From IMG/VR virus record IMGVR_UViG_2703718778_000007, positions 1-38,962 of that record: a stretch of DNA of 38,962 nt; one strand, given 5' to 3'. The translations under genes were made by a program, and so were the position numbers. Shown one piece after another: positions 37,805-38,962 of the stretch. The notes beneath the pieces are model-generated. The model was not told the DNA's origin, made no database searches, and saw nothing but the letters and a program-made list of their open reading frames with translations. The DNA comes from a virus. Lineage: Duplodnaviria > Heunggongvirae > Uroviricota > Caudoviricetes. How positions within the stretch are numbered: the first letter of the stretch is position 1; each line of letters opens with the position of its first letter.

Positions 37805-38962
37805 CTATGACACCTTCTCATCAATCCAGTCCGCCCACCACTGCATCATTTCTCTGCGCTTATCGAGATACTGAGCATGGTTGTAAATCCCACGCACAGA
37901 TCCGCCGTTGGCATGTGCAAGTTGCACTTCAATAGCGTCAGCAGGCCATTCGTGCTCGTTCATAATCGTACTGAATTCATGCCTGAATCCGTGACCGCTT
38001 TCCAGACCCTCATAGCCGATTTGTTTGATCACAAGTAGCACCGCGTTCTCGCAGATTGGCTTCTTCTTATCGTTGCGTCCGGCAAAAACAAACTCTGATA
38101 CTGGTTTGGTGATTGAGCTTAGCGTAGTGAGAAGTTCAACTACCTGGTCTGACATCGGTACTACATGAATCTTGCGGCCCTTCATCACATTGGCGTCGAT
38201 GGTGATAATCCTGTTTTCAAAATCGACGTTCTTCCATTGCATGGAACGAAGCTCTTTCGTTCTTAGGGCTGTATAGCGTAAAACCTTGGTGGCAATGAGC
38301 GATACGATACTTCCTGAAAATGTTGCCAGTGCTTTGTTGAATGCCGGGATCTGGTCTGCAGGAAGAAACGGGAAGTTCTTCTTGCGGTATCCCTTCATGG
38401 CGTCAGCAAGGTCAGGTGCCGGGTTATATTTAGCCCTGCCGGTGACAATAGCGTAACGGAAAACCTCGCCGCATCTTCTGCGTGCTTTGTTGGCTCGCTC
38501 CATTGCACCGCGATCTTCAAATCTGCGGATTACTTCCAGCAGTTGCATCGGCTCAATATCCTGAATTTCAAGGCCGCCGATGACAGGTAAAATGTCGTCA
38601 TCAAACATTTTTGCAAGTTCAGTCGCATACCCTACTGACCATACTTGCTTCTTGTGCTCGTACCATTCCTTGTAAATCGCACTAAAGGAATTGTTGTTAG
38701 ACGAAGCCTTTTTCGCCTTTACCGGATCGATGCCAACCGAGATGTCTTTCCTCGCAGTCCATGCTTTATCCCTTGCTTCCTGCAAAGTCATAAGCGGATA
38801 TTTTCCGACAGTCAGGATTTTCTCCTTACCGTCAATCTTGTAGCGAAGCTGCCATACCTTTTTCCCGGATACAGGGACATAAAGGTACAGGCCATTACCA
38901 TCGAGAAGGCGGTATGGTTTTTCTTTCGGCTTAGCTGCTTCAATCTGCTTAACGGTGAGCAT
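37805..38962 (-). CDS. intS: Tyrosine integrase (IntS-type)
   Basis: 385 aa; N-terminus MLTVKQIEAAKPKEKPYRLLDGNGLYLYV and C-terminal HGFRH...Y catalytic region; start codon is the last 3 bases of the window. Confidence 0.85.
   Translation of the reverse strand: MLTVKQIEAAKPKEKPYRLLDGNGLYLYVPVSGKKVWQLRYKIDGKEKILTVGKYPLMTLQEARDKAWTARKDISVGIDPVKAKKASSNNNSFSAIYKEWYEHKKQVWSVGYATELAKMFDDDILPVIGGLEIQDIEPMQLLEVIRRFEDRGAMERANKARRRCGEVFRYAIVTGRAKYNPAPDLADAMKGYRKKNFPFLPADQIPAFNKALATFSGSIVSLIATKVLRYTALRTKELRSMQWKNVDFENRIITIDANVMKGRKIHVVPMSDQVVELLTTLSSITKPVSEFVFAGRNDKKKPICENAVLLVIKQIGYEGLESGHGFRHEFSTIMNEHEWPADAIEVQLAHANGGSVRGIYNHAQYLDKRREMMQWWADWIDEKVS

Larger units (their letters stand above)
1690..38962. 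mobile_element. Lambdoid prophage (Sf6/KplE1-type, argW-integrating), apparently complete; right att site lies outside window
   Basis: Contiguous phage modules from excisionase to integrase; att core-like sequence at 1690-1704; integrase reads outward at window edge. Confidence 0.85.

Noticed and set aside
1-38962. CRISPR arrays, rRNA genes, IS elements/transposases, retron or other reverse-transcriptase systems
   Set aside because: No regularly spaced direct repeats, no transposase-like ORFs or terminal inverted repeats, and no RT-like ORF were seen on either strand.

Overview
The window holds a chromosomal flank (the sucrose permease gene cscB, 1-1248) followed by an essentially complete lambdoid prophage of about 37 kb that runs from a putative attR core (1690-1704, matching the 3' end of tRNA-Arg argW) to an IntS-type integrase whose start codon sits on the last base of the window. 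Gene order on the prophage is: TorI-like excisionase, leftward early operon (unknown ORFs, Ea22-like, SSB, Erf, Kil/CIII-like, an AT-rich moron, N), immunity region (cI with a coupled membrane protein, cro, cII, with paired nutL/nutR and oL/oR), replication (O-like with iterons, DnaB-like helicase), nin region (NinB, Dam-like methyltransferase, NinE/F/H, antirepressor, RusA), a lambda-type Q / pR' / tR' / S-R-Rz-Rz1 cassette, then an Sf6/P22-type podovirus structural block (terminase, portal, scaffold, coat, gp4/gp10/tail needle, ejection proteins), an orphan Mnt-like repressor, a tailspike and a convergent O-antigen acyltransferase. Integrase and excisionase lie at opposite ends, as in KplE1/Sf6-type prophages. 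No CRISPR array, rRNA, intact tRNA or IS element was seen. The best candidates for undescribed biology are the membrane protein co-transcribed with cI (rex-like position), the AT-rich ORF between N and cIII, the orphan mnt beside the tailspike, a long ORF-free leader between nutL and N, and hairpin repeats flanking a small cargo gene between lysis and packaging. All calls rest on reading the sequence and on recalled protein families; no database search was run.
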